Assembly (NCBI RefSeq): GCF_009914755.1
Contig: NC_060925.1
Length of the DNA stretch: 64,000 bases
DNA from: the human T2T-CHM13v2.0 reference genome, Homo sapiens
Strand: one strand, 5' to 3'
In this document: positions 26,832-42,821 of the stretch, piece by piece
Numbering within the stretch: the stretch's first letter is position 1
Layout: each line of letters begins with the position of its first letter
The notes under the pieces: model-generated
Seen by the model: the letters and a program-made list of their open reading frames with translations, nothing else
The model's database searches: none
What the model was told of the DNA's origin: nothing
Translations under genes and position numbers: made by a program

Positions 26832-29430
26832 CACTGTAGGATTTTTAAATGCATCATTCATGGCACCTTTCTGCATTTTTCACACCTTTAAACAACAAAA
26901 AGATGGCTCTGCGTTAGGAAATAGGCTCCAGCTGGTACATTACCTGCATTTCCTACATAGGCAGAATTCTCCAAAGAACATATTTATAATTTTTTAATGG
27001 TAACTTTTATTCTGCTTTTATATATGACTTTCTCCAAAGGTGAAGAAAATAACAGTAATAAATTTAGCAGGAGTCTGTTATGTCTGATAAATATTTAACA
27101 TGAAAGGCACATATCACCACCTTCATTATAGTAAATGGAGCCAAATTAGTTTTTGAGATTCTAAAATTCTAAGGTTTAAGGTGATAAATATCAAGAAACG
27201 TAGTACATAATAGTAGAATTCATGAATGAAAATAATTTGCAAAAATTTGAAAACTTCCAAAAAGGATATTTTATACAAAAGAAATACCTATCATTGACTT
27301 AAACATTTGACCCCAGTTTTATTTTATTTTCTACTTAAGCAATTGTAAATAAGGTTGATGCCAGTTAAAAATGGCAAAATATATATTATAAATTCAATTA
27401 TTTTAATTGCAAGGCACAAACAAGGTACAGAGTTGTATGACCTGTTCTTTAAATTTTTAAATTTATTTTTGAATAAAATGTGGACTGTAGCAAGAGATGT
27501 GCAGTAATTTTGTCTGAGATTATACATGACACAAAGAATGTTTATGTACATACTCTGTAAAGTATAGCTTTAAGATGTTTACTTATGTTCTTAATAGAGT
27601 TCTAAGTTTAATATAATTATTAGTAGATGGCGTATTTTTATAGAAATAACATCTTCACAATTATTCATTTACTTTTTCAGGAATTTTATAATTAAAAATG
27701 CTAAATTGGTAAGAAATTATTGGAAAACACTGCAAGTTGAAATTTGGAAACACTTATAACGCTTTTGAACATATATAATGCTCTTGACATTATAAACGAG
27801 GTCTATTCTAAAAGCTTCTGTGAGTAAACACTATCTCATTTCACATATAGGAATCTGAGATAAGATTTTTAAGTGACCCTAACAAGATCATGTCGTTTGA
27901 CAAAGATACTACTGACGACGTGTCTTGTGTGACAATAATATTGCCTGTGATAAAGTTCTTGAATAATGTATTTATAGATGGCTGGTAATAGAGTGACCTG
28001 ATATTTCTTTCTTGAGAAGAAAATGAAGACTTAGTTATTTGATATAGAAGAAATTCTATGTGAATTTTTTTCTTTTAATTTGTGACATAGGAAAAATTAT
28101 TTTAAAATTAACTTTATGTTGGAGGTGTGATTTTTGAGATCATAGAAATTTTTAATCAGATGTATTATCAGGCTTGATCAGTGTTTTAATATTTCTTTTA
28201 ACAGTTTTTTATCCATAGAGGGTAATAAAAAATTTACCTCTCCTTTTGAAAACACAGCAGTCATCTACTGAATATATTGAGATATGTAGAATAAATTGAA
28301 ACAGTGTTTGCTGTGTATTCTAAACACTATAACCTTAATGATGAAGACATCAAAATCACGTTATATTCAAGTACCTACTTTTGGAAAGTACTAATTTTAT
28401 AGTCATATACTTTATGTTTTGAATTTTTTTTTGTAATAGATTTGCAATGTTGTTGAGTCATCATCGGTTGGATTTTTCTCAGTCATTATGATGGACAAGA
28501 TTTTGATGTTTCAGGCTATAGTGCTTTTGTATGTTTGTAATCTATAAATTATCAGTCAGGGAATCAGTGATTAGTTTGAATTAGTGATAAATAAAACCTT
28601 TTAAATAAGTAATTCAGTTTTATTTCAATGAAATAAATATAGTTACAGAAAAATTAAAGGAACTCAAATTAGGCAAACACAAAATTGCCTTGTAAGTGTC
28701 CTTAGAGGAAATCTTTCTTTAAGTCGTTTCTAGTGTCTGTATCAGTTGAATAAAAATGAGTTCCACTGAGTTATTTGAAAAGTTTATTCTCTTAAATATG
28801 TAAAATTTCCATAACAATTTATGCTACTTATTTAAACAGTTTGTAGGATGAATCATTGCAAAGTCCAAATTTGGATTTAATCTGAATTAACCAGATATTT
28901 TTGCATTTCAAATCTATAAATTAGGTCAATAAATATTTATTGACTATGCTATGTTAAGGGCATAAATTGTGGTTCTATAATAGTCCTGGACTCTTAAGAG
29001 TAACTCATTGAATTGTGTGAATCCAATAAGCAGGAAAATTAATTTCTAGAATTTGAGGGAGAGATTGCAGAAAAGTCATAGGAACTATGCAATACATTGT
29101 AGCGTTAGAGGGATTAACGCATTTTAGAATATGAATTGGCTTCAATATTTAGCCATGTGTTTGGATGCTATAGTTCTAAAGGATACCACAGGATATTTGA
29201 GAAGTTTTTGAAGTGAAAGGAGAGAAAATGTTCAATGTTCAGATTAGTACAAAAGTGTTGTGGGGAGAATACACAATAACTTTGGAATGCAGTGTAAGTA
29301 AAAGAAAATATTCTTTATGTGGATTATATCTGATTAGAGTAAAATCATCATTTTAGGTATAAATTATAAGCTTTGAGATTAGGACAATAATATTAACATG
29401 GGTAGAAGTAGCTTGAGGGATTGCACATAG

Positions 29431-29781
<351 letters not shown>

Positions 29782-30119
29782 TTAGGCATCTTCTTAGACC
29801 ACTTTTTCTAGAGTTGTTTTCCTAATATTTGTCTTGTGATTACAAGTGAATGTCACTATATGCAGGTTATTATGACAGGCAGGTTTTAACTTCTCTGTCA
29901 ATCAAGTTAATCATATGATGTAGGCCTAATATTTTGAATAATAGAATCACTCATTCTTTCATTTAAGTATTTATCAGGTTGCTATTGTGTGCCAGGGACT
30001 ATTCTTAATTCTGTGTAAGATAAGGAGATTTCTAAGTAAAACAGATTTTCAGTTCTCCAAGAGCACTTAGACTACAAGGGGCTATATGGACTTTATATGG
30101 ATAACTATAGGGCAAGATA

Positions 30120-30360
30120 GGAGCTGACAAATTACAGTCCGCTGACTATTGTAGATACAATTTTACTGGACCATAGCAGCACTCATTCATTTATATATTA
30201 CCCATGGGTGCTTTTGTGCTACAATGGTAGAGAGTAGTTGTCATGGAAATGTTATGTTCTACAAAGCCTAAATATTTACTTTACAGAAAAAAATTTTTCA
30301 GAAAAAAATTTACAGAAAAAAAATTTTTTTCTGTACAGAAAAAAATTTGCTGATGCCTGG
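30120..30360 (+). mobile_element. MER58-like hAT DNA transposon
   Basis: ttttactggaccatagc...cattcatttatatatt...aaagcctaaatatttac...tttgctgatgcctg. Confidence 0.65.
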
Positions 30361-31389
30361 TATGAGACATTATAATGCCCTTTGTATGCTACTCACAGTA
30401 GAATGTTGTGCTTTTATGTTTGCTAAAGGATCTCATACGAAGGAGTGATTTCAACCTGATTCAGTCAGGCATCAGGAAAATTTCTAGCATATGAATAAAA
30501 ACCTAGATATTGATTCCCCTGTATGATTCCAGTGGTTTTTCAGCTATATACCTGTCTGTAAATGAAACACAGATCTACTTTTTCTAATTAGTTCTTACTA
30601 TTATATAGCTAATCTACATTACTTATATTTAGATTTTTCCTACTCAGGTAAAGTTCTTTGCATATCAAACTTAGTGTCTAGTTTCTTTATTTAACTACTA
30701 ATATAACATAATCGTATTTTACCTTTAAGCATGGAGTCAGTAATAATTAACATTGGATGTAGTCTTCAAACTTCAGAAGCATTTATTAAACTTCTCATCA
30801 ATAAATGATAATCTCATAGTCTAAAAGAGTTAATTTACTTATAAGTAAGCATGCCTCTTTTGTAGTACTCCAATAGGCCGTAAAACAAAAAACTAAAAAA
30901 CAGAAGATATAGCTGTATAAGAGTTAAATTTACATGCAACTCTAAAACATATATGACTTAAGAGAATTTATAATTCAACACCAATGTATGACATTATTAA
31001 TAGGCTCTTGGTAATATATAAGTTAGAAAATAAATGGTTATAGTCGTACACTTAGCTAAGATGTATTGCAGTGCTAGGAGTTTTATGTTTTTTGTCATTG
31101 TCAACTAATGAATGAAAATACAAAGCAATTTTAAAGAGCCACAATTTATATTTACACAAAATTAAGCCATTTTAAAAATCTTGATGATTCAGTTAATCAG
31201 AGGTATTTGATACATTATTTAATAATATTTGCTTTGGCAGTACTATTGTTTTAAACTATTAATAATCCATTGGGAAGTTTTGGTTTTCTTCAAGTTTAGT
31301 AAATCAGTAAGAAAATGAATAAATGATCTTGATGTTTTTCTTGAAAATACAGTTCACGGAGTCTGTTAGAATAAAAGGAAACACTTACA

Positions 31390-31745
31390 CAGTTGTCCCT
31401 CATTATCTGTGTGGGATTGGTTCCGGGATGCCCCAAGGATACCAAAATCCACAGATGCTTAAGTCCCTTTTATATAATCACATACAATAACCTACACACA
31501 CCCTTCCATATACTTTAAATTATCTCTGAGTTACTTACAATATCTAATACAATGTAAATGCAATATAATTAGTTGTATTGTTTAGGGAATAGTGACAAGA
31601 AATGTACAAATACATTTCAAGTACATGTACAAGTCTGTATGTGTTGAACACAGATGCGACCATCCATTTTTTTCCCCTGAATATTTTCAAGCAGTGGTTG
31701 GTTGAATCGATGGATGTGAACCCTATGAATATGGAGGACTGACTG
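31390..31745. mobile_element. MER2-like (Tigger/pogo) non-autonomous DNA transposon
   Basis: Termini CAGTTGTCCCTC and GAGGACTGACTG followed by TA; ggataccaaaatccacagatgct. Confidence 0.8.
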
Positions 31746-32809
31746 TATATGCTTTTATGCTTTCAGTACTGTTTAAAGTCACTGAGATAGTAGAGCCATC
31801 ATTAGAACCCATATAGTCAGAGTGAATACCTTAATAATGTTTATTGTATGTTTTCCCAAACAAATGAATAGAAAAATTTTATGTAAAATTGTGTATTAAA
31901 AGATTGTAAATGGTCAGGTTTCCATTAGTTTGATTTTGAGAGAAAGATTTCAGAGAATCATTAGGTCCTTCTGCCTTTTTCAGACCAGTCAACGGACTGA
32001 AGGGTCTTAAGAAAAGACCTCAGGGATTTCTTATAGAGATAATTTGAGTGACAAGGTATATTGTTTCCACGTTTTTATATACCCACCAGCTTGCCCTTCC
32101 ATAATTGGCACCTTTTAATTTCTGACAATGTTGTAAAAGGATGAGTTATAGCAAATCATTATTAACTTATCTCAAATGTTTCTAATTCTCATCCCTTTCA
32201 CATAATTAACTTCCTTTTTTTCCTCCTCATTCATTTAGTTATTTTTATTTTTAATTGTCAAAGAAATAGTTGCTCATAAAGGAAATTTAGGAAATGTTTA
32301 AAATGATAAAAAAGAGACTAAATTACGCATAGTTCTCTACCCAAATATAATTAGGTGTGATGATAATGACTGTTGATTTTGGTTTTCTTTTCTTCCATTT
32401 CCCCCCTATGGATTAGGGCTTTTTCTAAAGGATTTTTAAATATGGGTATTTATAACTTAAACATTTTTCCATATTATTGCATATTGTTTATGAACATTTT
32501 TATAAATAAGGCTTTTCCACATTTAGTATTATTTTCTTACAATTTTTAAGGAAGAAATACTGAAGCAAACAGTGTGAAGGTATTTTAAGATTATTTATGT
32601 ATATTGCCAAATTGGTTTCCCAAAGGAGTGATCCAGTTTATCTTCACACTAATAATGTATCAAACTATGATGATTCATTGCAAACTTGCTAGCATCAATT
32701 CTACATTAATAAATAAATTAAAGGAATTTGATTTTTTACTTATTTCTTCCTAGCCCCTATAGGGAATTTGTTTAGTTCTTTGCAATTTTTTTTCTTCCCT
32801 ACACTAAAA

Positions 32810-32875
32810 CAGATAGATAGATAGGTAGGTAGGTGGGTAGGTAGGCAGATGGATGGATGGATGGATGGATGAATT
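32810..32875. repeat. Compound tetranucleotide repeat (AGAT)n(AGGT)n(GGAT)n
   Basis: Seen directly. Confidence 0.9.
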
Positions 32876-34029
32876 AGGATGGATCTGCTGAGCCTCATTT
32901 AAACCAAATTGTCTCAAATTCTTTATTTCAGAAGTCTTTAAGCTCAGATAATCTTCTCACTATTGTTATCTCACAATTTACTCTGTGCTACTGCTGCTTT
33001 GTTGTTTAAGAACACTGAATTCTGTCAGTGCTGTTCTCCCATTATTACTGCTATCTTCAGCATTGTCTGTTTCATTGTATCTTGTGTGTGCCACACAGCC
33101 ACCTAGATATTGCGTTTGAGAAAGGTTTCGAAATTTTTTTCTATTGTATTCTTCTGCCTTTGTTGCAGTGATAATCTCTACTGGCCTTTCAAGGTAGGGG
33201 AGGATATGTTCCTAAGCAGAAAATTTTGAGGCCTGTGTCCTTGAAGAGTTTGTGAACATCAAGATTTCAGTAGTTAAGCACTGACCCCAGGCCTGGTATT
33301 GATACTTAGGATTTCCCTAACCTGCAGAACCATGGGAATAGTATCCATAGTGGTAGAGCTGTGGTAAGCAAATCAGCTTTTACGTTAGAAAAGTCACACC
33401 TGGTGTGATTGTCTAACAAGCAAGCATGCTTGCAGGTCTGTACTGTTTCTCTTCTTTATGTCTTTTACATCTCTCTGGTTCCTCAGAGTGCTTTGTATAT
33501 AGTGGCTACTCAATTATTTGTTGAGCCAAGTACAGAGTGCTCTCTGTATAGTAAGTCATCTATTTCTTGAGCCGAATTGAATTTAATTGTCAGAGTTAAC
33601 AGTAGTTCTTGGGTCTCTTCCAGTAGTTCTTTCACCTCCAGCTCACTTGAGGGTATGGTTGGACTGAAGATTACTTCAAGATTATTTTCCCCAGTGCCTT
33701 GCTGTTACCAACTGGGGAAGCTGTGGAAAAGAATATTTTAGGAGAGTTGAACGATGATTTAATATACCTATCATTTAATATAGCTTCCCACTTTAATTGA
33801 ATTTTTCCTTCCAAAATTGACATTCAGTGGACTTATAGGCTCTTTTTGAATATGCGTCTTAAAGGGGGGTGAATACACTTTGGGGTAGCTCAGGTTTTTT
33901 CCATAATGTTTATTTATATTCAGCTGAAATGAATATATTTTTGGCTTATTCCCATTGTGATTATATAGGAAGAATGAGAATTTTTGTTTTACCCAAGAAC
34001 CTTCTGTATACCTTAGTAAAAGCATTGTT

Positions 34030-34480
34030 TCTGTCCAGGCTTCTCTTGGTCTTGAACCATTCTTGTAAAATATGGTTTTGAAGCTCATCACCAACTTTTC
34101 CCTGACTATGCTCTAATAATACTTCTTTTAATGGTGCTCAGGGCTGAATAAAATGTTACGTGTGTGATATGACTAGTAACAGATGAGAGCGAGACTATCA
34201 TTTTCCCTTGGTTTATAAACTATTCTGCTATTTATTCAGGCCAGAAATAAATTACATATTTTGGTAGTTATAGTTTATCCTTTAATATATCAAGTTTGTT
34301 TTCAATAAATCTATACATCTGTTTTACACCTGCTTAATTTATATTCCTTCTCCATATATGTACAATGGTTTTTTTAAACAAATTTTACATTGTTATCTCC
34401 CTTCAACTTCATCTTGTTAGAGTTGGCTCAGTTTTTCCAGCATTTCTGAAACCTTTGTTCCATTTCTAATACAGTCATTA
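34030..34480 (-). mobile_element. CR1/L3-like fragment
   Basis: tggtgctcagggctgaataaaatg...tgtgatatgactag...gactatcatttt resembles the L3 consensus. Confidence 0.45.
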
Positions 34481-34510
34481 AACTTTTGACTTCTGCAAAT
34501 GTGATATACA

Positions 34511-35852
34511 TTTTTTTTCAACTTTTATTGTAGGTTCAGGGGCTATATGTGCAAGTTTATTACTTGGGGAAATTTCAAGACACTGAGCTTTGGGGTAGGA
34601 ATGATCTCATCACCGAGGTAGTGAGCATAGTACCCAATAGGTAGTTTTTCAACCCTCATCCCCTTCCCTCCTTCCTCTAGTGGTCCCCAGTGTCTGTTGT
34701 TCCAATCTTTATATTCACATGTACCAATGTTTAGCTCTCTCTTATAAGTGAAAACATGTGATGTTTGGTTTTCTGCTCCTGAGTTAATTTGCTTAGGATA
34801 ATGGCCTCTACCTACATCTGAGAACAGGAACAGATGCTTCTCAAAAATTCTCAAAAGAAGACATTTGTGCAGCCAAAAAACACATGAAAAAATACTCACC
34901 ATCACTGGCCATCAGAGAAATGCAAATCAAAACCACAATGAGATACCATCTCACACCAGTTAGAATGGCAATCATTAAAAAGTCAGGAAACAATAGGTGC
35001 TGGAGAGGATATGGAGAAACAGGAACACTTTTACACTGTTGGTGGGACTGTAAACTAGTTCAACCATTGTGGAAGTCAGTGTGGCGATTCCTCAGGGATC
35101 TAGAACTAGAAATACCATTTGACCCAGCCATCCCATTACTGGGTATATACCCAAAGGACTATAAATCATGCTGCTATAAAGACACGTGCACACGTATGTT
35201 TATTGCGGCACTATTCACAATAGCAAAGACTTGGAACTAACCCAAATGTCCAACAATGATAGACTGGATTAAGAAAATGTGGCACATATACACCATGGAA
35301 TACTAGCAGCCATAAAAAATGATGAGTTCATGTCCTTTATAGGGACATGGATGAAATTGGAAATCATCATTCTCAGTAAACTATCGCAAAAACAAAAAAC
35401 CAAACACCGCATGTTCTCACTCATAGGTGGGAATCGAACAATGAGATCACATGGACACAGGAAGGGGAACATCACACTCTGGGGACTGTTGTGGGGTGGG
35501 GGAGGGGGAAGGGATAGCATTAGGAGATATACCTAATGCTAAATGACGAGTTAATGGGTGCAGCACACCAACATGGCACATGTATACATATGTAACTAAC
35601 CTGTACATTGTGCACATGTACCCTAAAACTTAAAGTATAATAATAATAAAATAAAAAAGAAGACATATGTGTGGCCAACAAAGATATGAAAAAAATAACT
35701 CAACATCACTTAGCATTAGAGAAGTGCAAATCAAAACCACAATGAGATACCATCTCACACCAGTCAGAGTGGCTATTACTAAAAAGTAAAAAAAAAATAA
35801 TAATAACAGATGTTGGTGAGGTTGCAGAGAAAAGGGAACACTTATATACTGT
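34511..35852 (-). mobile_element. Old 5'-inverted L1P (antisense 3'UTR 34511-34818, sense ORF2 piece 34822-34864 and 35655-35852) interrupted by a younger L1PA
   Basis: Orientation switch near 34820; ORF2-like sequence resumes after the younger element's tail. Confidence 0.8.
34865..35654 (+). mobile_element. 5'-truncated younger L1PA 3' end
   Basis: ORF2 C-terminus ([19 protein letters not shown]...), 3'UTR, AATAAA tail; flanking duplication AAAAGAAGACAT at 34853-34864 and 35655-35666. Confidence 0.93.
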
Positions 35853-36849
35853 AAGTGCTTATTTTATAACATCTAATTTGATATAATCCAGATATTTGGA
35901 TTTTTCAGATGAGAATAATTTATTTTCTAAGCTTATACTACATATTGGATTACAAATTTTTTAAAGGCTTTCTGTTTACCCATTTAGGAACCAAAGTATA
36001 ATTTAATATATGATTATTTGATAGCATTTACTATGAGAAATGTTACCATTTGTGTTCCATAACTACACTTAAAATATGGAAATATTTTAATACAGATACC
36101 TTTAGCATTTGGGACATATCTTGCAGAGAGATTTTCAAGAATGCCTTTTAGTGGAGATTTGTGAAATGAAAGATAGTAAACCTTTGGGGTTTATTGCAGT
36201 TCTGCCCAAGGACAAATGAATGAATGGATGACTTTTCAAAGTAATCCTTACAAAGTTATAATTTGTGATGCTTTCCCCATCCTTAATTAATTGTTCTCTT
36301 TAACTACTTTCACAGAAAGCCCATCTACTCTCAGGAATTAAACTATCATCCTTTTGCCAAGTATTCCAAAATAGAACTCTTCAAATCTGGCCTTGTACCT
36401 TTTCTCCAGGAGCATATACTATGCTGCCTTCAATGAGCCTTCTTATTCTGGGGTTTTCATAAAAATTGAAACCTGAACAATTTCAAAGGAAAATCATTAT
36501 TACCATTTCTTATTCCTTACACTGCTCATCTCTTTTTTTGTTGTTGTTTTGTTAATGTCATTAGTACCACTGCCTTCTTATATTTCCACTTTATAGCCCT
36601 GTCTGTTTAATAAATGTTAATTGAAAAAAAGACTACCTGGATTTTTTTTCTTCTACCTTAATCACTCTTTCATTTAGAATCCAGTTTATACACTTCATTC
36701 TTCACTGTCTTTTAAGATTCTTTCTCTGGGTAACCAGATCACTTTTTTTTTTGCTTCTTCCATAGAAAGATTACCTTCTTTTTTTGAATCTTTATGTATA
36801 GTTTTATTATATTCTCTATGTGCTTTGAATGATAGGAACTTTAGGTTAA

Positions 36850-37150
36850 CTGATAACTTATGGATACAGCCTCCTACCATGGCTAAAATTCCTTTCATAA
36901 CTAGCAAGGTAGTCTCTTCAATTATTATAAAGTTCTGTGACTTAGAAAATACTTCCTAATTAATGAGCCCCAAAATCTTCCTATTGATCCTATTGACATA
37001 GGATCAAATGTCCACCATTTGATCCCATGTCATATCTCTGTGGAAACACAGAAATAAGTCTCCCTTTATGATGTAGCTTTTCTGGCACATGAAAACTACT
37101 GTTATATCTGCCTTCTCTTCTCAGATTAAACATCTTTATTTCTTTAACAC
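36850..37150 (-). mobile_element. CR1/L3-like fragment
   Basis: attataaagttc...caaaatctt...cagaaataagtc...ttctcttctcagattaaacat. Confidence 0.45.
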
Positions 37151-37185
37151 ATTGCTAATTCATTCATTCAGCAAATATTTATTGA

Positions 37186-37596
<411 letters not shown>

Positions 37597-38467
37597 TAAG
37601 ATGCCAGCAAGTAAAAAAAAATAAGATAATTTCAGATTATGATTAATGCCATGAAAAGAATAGAACAGGACATCAGGATGGAGAAGTGATAGAGATGGGA
37701 GGCAGCTTCTCCATGAACTTTGGTTTACAAATATCTCATCATTTTGGTTGCCTTCCACCACAACAACATGCATGGACTTGGCACTTTTAACATATGATCT
37801 TATGGTGAAAGACTTCTGATCTGCTAATGTCCTCTGTGTACATAGGGAAGTATGGAGCTTCTTAGTTATGTGGGAGATGAAGCTGTCTGAACTACATCAG
37901 TGAGGGAACTATTAAAGAAGGAGACACAAAAATTTAGACCTTTTGCAGTTATCGTTAGCCGCAGTATTCTCTTGCTCAGTGTGCTCTTCTTACAGTGGGA
38001 TGAGTAGTTGCCATATTTGGACAATGTGCTTCCCTTAGTGCAGCTCCACATGTAATCAGCTGTTCCAACAACAGGTCACCTTAGCTTTGTAGTGAACTTA
38101 TTTAGGTCTAGATCTCACCTGTTTGGAACTTGGAAAATCAGTTTATTGAACATAGTTGCAGGGCTTTGCAGTTATTCCTTACTTACTCAGCACTTCCTTC
38201 TACTTTAATGTGATCTTTTTCTAATGTTTTTAATAGATTTAGAAAGCTTATGTTCCTTGTTGTCTTTAAAGTTAGCAAAAATGATGTATACAGAAGAGTA
38301 CCTAGGCAAAACTTAGTAAAAAGCTTTCTTCTAAATTGATTTTTCTTTATTTAATTAGCACATTTTGAGTAAGGCCATAGGTCTACCTCAAACTGTACCT
38401 GAACCTGTTAATATCTAGTTCCCATTTTTTCCCCTTTTGTTTCAAATATTTTATAAAATGTTTGCTA

Positions 38468-38779
<312 letters not shown>

Positions 38780-39559
38780 GAGAGAGTGAAGCATAATGGT
38801 TTAGCCTGCCCTCTAGAGTCAAACTGAAATTTTTTATTCATCACTTGTTACCTGTGTAATACTGGGCATGTTACCTAACCCCTCTGACCGTTGGTTTCCT
38901 AATAATTGTATTGGCTTTATAGGGATATGTGAAATAATGATATATAAATCATCCCTCACAATGTCTGGCATATAGAAAAGTCCAATAAATGTTAGCAGTA
39001 GCAGCTGTAGTCATTGTTGTTCCTGGCCCACAGAAATTAAATATAGTCTATTTTGGGCTTTCCAGATCTAAAAACCCTTTAAATGCATGTGCACACACAC
39101 AAATATATACACAGCTAGTTTTCTGCCATTTATTCTTAGGGATGGACACAGTAAAAACATCTTTATTTTTTACATCTTATATGCCATCTGTCTAGAATTT
39201 TACTAGATGAAGCATCAATGTTACCATCTCTGAAATCCATATGTTCTTATTGAAAGCTTAAAATTTGTCTTCTCTGTAGTCATTTATCATCTTTTCAGGG
39301 GTCTACAGTTTCTCAAAGATTAATAATACTACCAGATCTTCTAGTAGCTACTTTGATATTTCTTTGTTTGAGCCTAGTTAAAAAAAAAAAAGACATGGGT
39401 ATGAGAGGCTGAAAATAAAGTTGAGAATTGCCTGGGTATTTCACTTAGCCATGATTCTCAGGTCTTTGTTAGACAAAGAGTAAAATTATCTATACCAGGG
39501 AAGAGAAATAACGTTTCTACTAAATAAATGTAAAAGTAACCACTAATAAATACTAAATA

Positions 39560-39775
39560 ACAGAGCTACTGTATGACAAGTACTGTAAATATATATTCAT
39601 GTTATATAATATGTTTAATCCTTTTAGCAACTCCTTTTCATAGGTGAGAAAATTGAGCATCAGTATTTAAGTATCTTGGTTATCACACTTCTACTAAGTG
39701 GCGGAATCTATAGAATTTGAATCCAGCTTTGTCTGACACCAAAACCATATCCTTTCTACCTAATATATGCTACCT
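39560..39775 (-). mobile_element. MIR
   Basis: tttaatcctt...taggtgagaaaattgag...atttgaatccag...tctgacaccaaa. Confidence 0.65.
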
Positions 39776-41367
39776 CCCCTACTATTTGGCAGTTAACGTT
39801 ATACTGACATGTATATTAAACTGAAACTATATAAAGAGAAGCTAATAAAGGCTTTTTTGCTATAGAAGATATTTCTAGAGTCAGAGAATTGATGAGGATC
39901 CATGAGTAAACTTGGCAAATTTCCCTCAATAGGAAAACGTTAGCATTTTAGAAATATTATAAAATCGTGAAATCTTAGGGTTGAAAGAAACCTTCTTGAT
40001 TATAAGTTTTGTTTTCTGGTCACATAGCAATTATATATGGGATTATATTATAAAGAATTAATTTTATTATTGCTGTATCTGTAATATTTTGAGACTTAAG
40101 ATAAATTATTGCTTTTGTTTACTTATTTATTTACCTTATTTACTTCTTTATACCACTGTATTTTAACAGTTTCTTTTATATTGTATAGTCTAATGGTTAC
40201 ACAAACATTTGTGTGTAACCATTAGGATAAACAAATAGAGATTTCAGAATTCTTCCACATGTAAGTGATGCCCTAGTACTCTAATTTATAATAGAGGGAT
40301 TGTTATGGCTTATACTGAAATACTAGAAGAGAGTTTTGCTTGCAAGACGTGTATACACATAGGCTGATTTCATATTAAGTAATTCTGCTTTATTATAATA
40401 ATTCATCCTGATCATTGTTCAATAATGGATTCACATTCTACCTTGGTTTTGTGATTGTGCTGGTGTTGTAGTATAAATTATAGTTATTATGCACTTCAAA
40501 TTTAAATGTTATTGATAAGTAAAATTAAACACTTTCCATATGACAGCGTGGGCAGATATTTTTGTGTAGTATGAAACAGTGAATTTCAAATAGTAGTTAA
40601 TTTCTTAAACTAATATTGAGCATTATATCCCTAAAGATAAAAAAGTTTAAACCCAGAGAAGAAATCATAGACACTACATCTATATCTACCTCTTTCTCTC
40701 TCTCTCTCTCTCTGTAAAATCATTCCAGTTTCTTCTGCTTAGAACAGTAAGTTCCATGGGGCAGGGACTTTGTCACTTTCCCCACTGTGTTTCTACCACC
40801 TAGTGCAGGATGCCATACGTGGTAGATGTTCAGTAAATATTTGGGGGCAGACTGTGTTGGCTTTGCAGATAAGTGTTATACTAAAAATGAGGGGAATATT
40901 TTTGCTTTTGAGTAGATTACACTGCTAATCATTTCAGAGTTTTGCTTGAATATTTCTGGGGGTTTATGTTTTTCCTGCTCTGAATTTCTAGATGCCATTA
41001 GCAAAATGTTTTATACAAAAGTTAAGAACAGAACGTTTATATTTGTGTTAAGTATATGCTTATGTGTATTTATGTTCATGTCTTTTTATCTATTAATAGA
41101 AAAGTGCAGCTGTTACTGTATTTTGTCTTATCAATTGCTAAGGGTTAGGTAAGTGTTGCTTTGATTTGTAGTCCCAGGTAATAAGTTTAAATCTTTTTGC
41201 TTATATATAATTGTATATGAATATATTGCTGACAAGGGAAATTATTTTGGTTATCAAATATCAGAAAGTTTCATATTATTGTCTGTATCTTTCTGATAAC
41301 AAGGCCACTACTTTCTAGTAAATCAGGTATTTTCTCTGATGTTAATTAATCCTTTAAGCCACTAATC

Positions 41368-41550
41368 CAACATTTCTCAGAAGTATAAACGTGGACAGTT
41401 TACATCAGATTCACTGGTAATGCTTATTAAAATTACAGATTTTCAGCAACTACCTTAGTCCTCCTAAATCAGAATATCTACAATGTGAGTCTCTGAATTT
41501 GTGACAAGCTCTGCAGATGATTTCTCTGCAATCAGAAGTTTGAGAATCAT
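41368..41550. mobile_element. MER5-like hAT fragment (similar pieces near 47085-47255, 51075-51220 and 51299-51485)
   Basis: ttctca...atcagattcactgg...aaatcagaat...acaagctc...gtttgagaatca. Confidence 0.6.
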
Positions 41551-42440
41551 AGTATGAAACTTTCCTGGAAGTGTCTTTGCCCTTAGGAGGGGTTCCATCC
41601 TGGAAGCTCTACAGAAAAAAATCCCTCACTATAAGCTCTCTGCCCATTTAAGTTCCAGAGTAGTCAGTCTTAAGACACTGATTGTGTCAGTTTGAATTAC
41701 AACCAAAGGTGCATTATTTCCAAAAGCTGTTGGACTGGAACAAAACAAGAACATCAAAATTGCTCACTAGACCAATATTGAAAGCAGACAAAATGGCACT
41801 CAGTTCCAGTTCCTGACAACATCCCAGGAAATGTCTCAGCTGCCTTCACTGGGGATTGTCACTGCCAAAAATGCTTTACCCTTTAAAGCCTCGTGGGGAA
41901 CTAGGCACTGTAGAGCTGAGCTGACTGGAGGAAAAAAAAAAAGTTCTACTTTTTTCAGGTCTACAAGAGCAGAGCTTTCTCTGGTACTATGAGAATTTCA
42001 GCCTAAAAATTCCTTGTATATGAGATCTTGACCATATGATCAAATCCTCTCTACAGCCATGACCCATCTTGAATTATTTTACCACTTGCACAGGGCTACT
42101 ACTGCATTTTGCAGGGTTCCAAATGCATCTCCCCATCTCGCAGAATAGATATCATTCCATGTATTGATCCATCTTTTTCTCACTTCTCTATCATTAGCTA
42201 TAAACTGATTTTGAATTTCAGGGTTTAAATCAGGAACTCTTACTTTCTAGCCCCTCAAAAGCCAGTTTAGAAAAAATGTAATTTTACATATGTACATTCT
42301 ATGTAAATTTGTTTGTATCAGAGAAGTGGTAATGCTACCTTTTGTATACAAAGGTGATGATACTGAATTAAATTTCCAGAAGTAATGATGAGTTTTTATT
42401 CATGCATCCATGTTGTAATCTCTGGCCTTCCTTGAATTCA

Positions 42441-42821
<381 letters not shown>

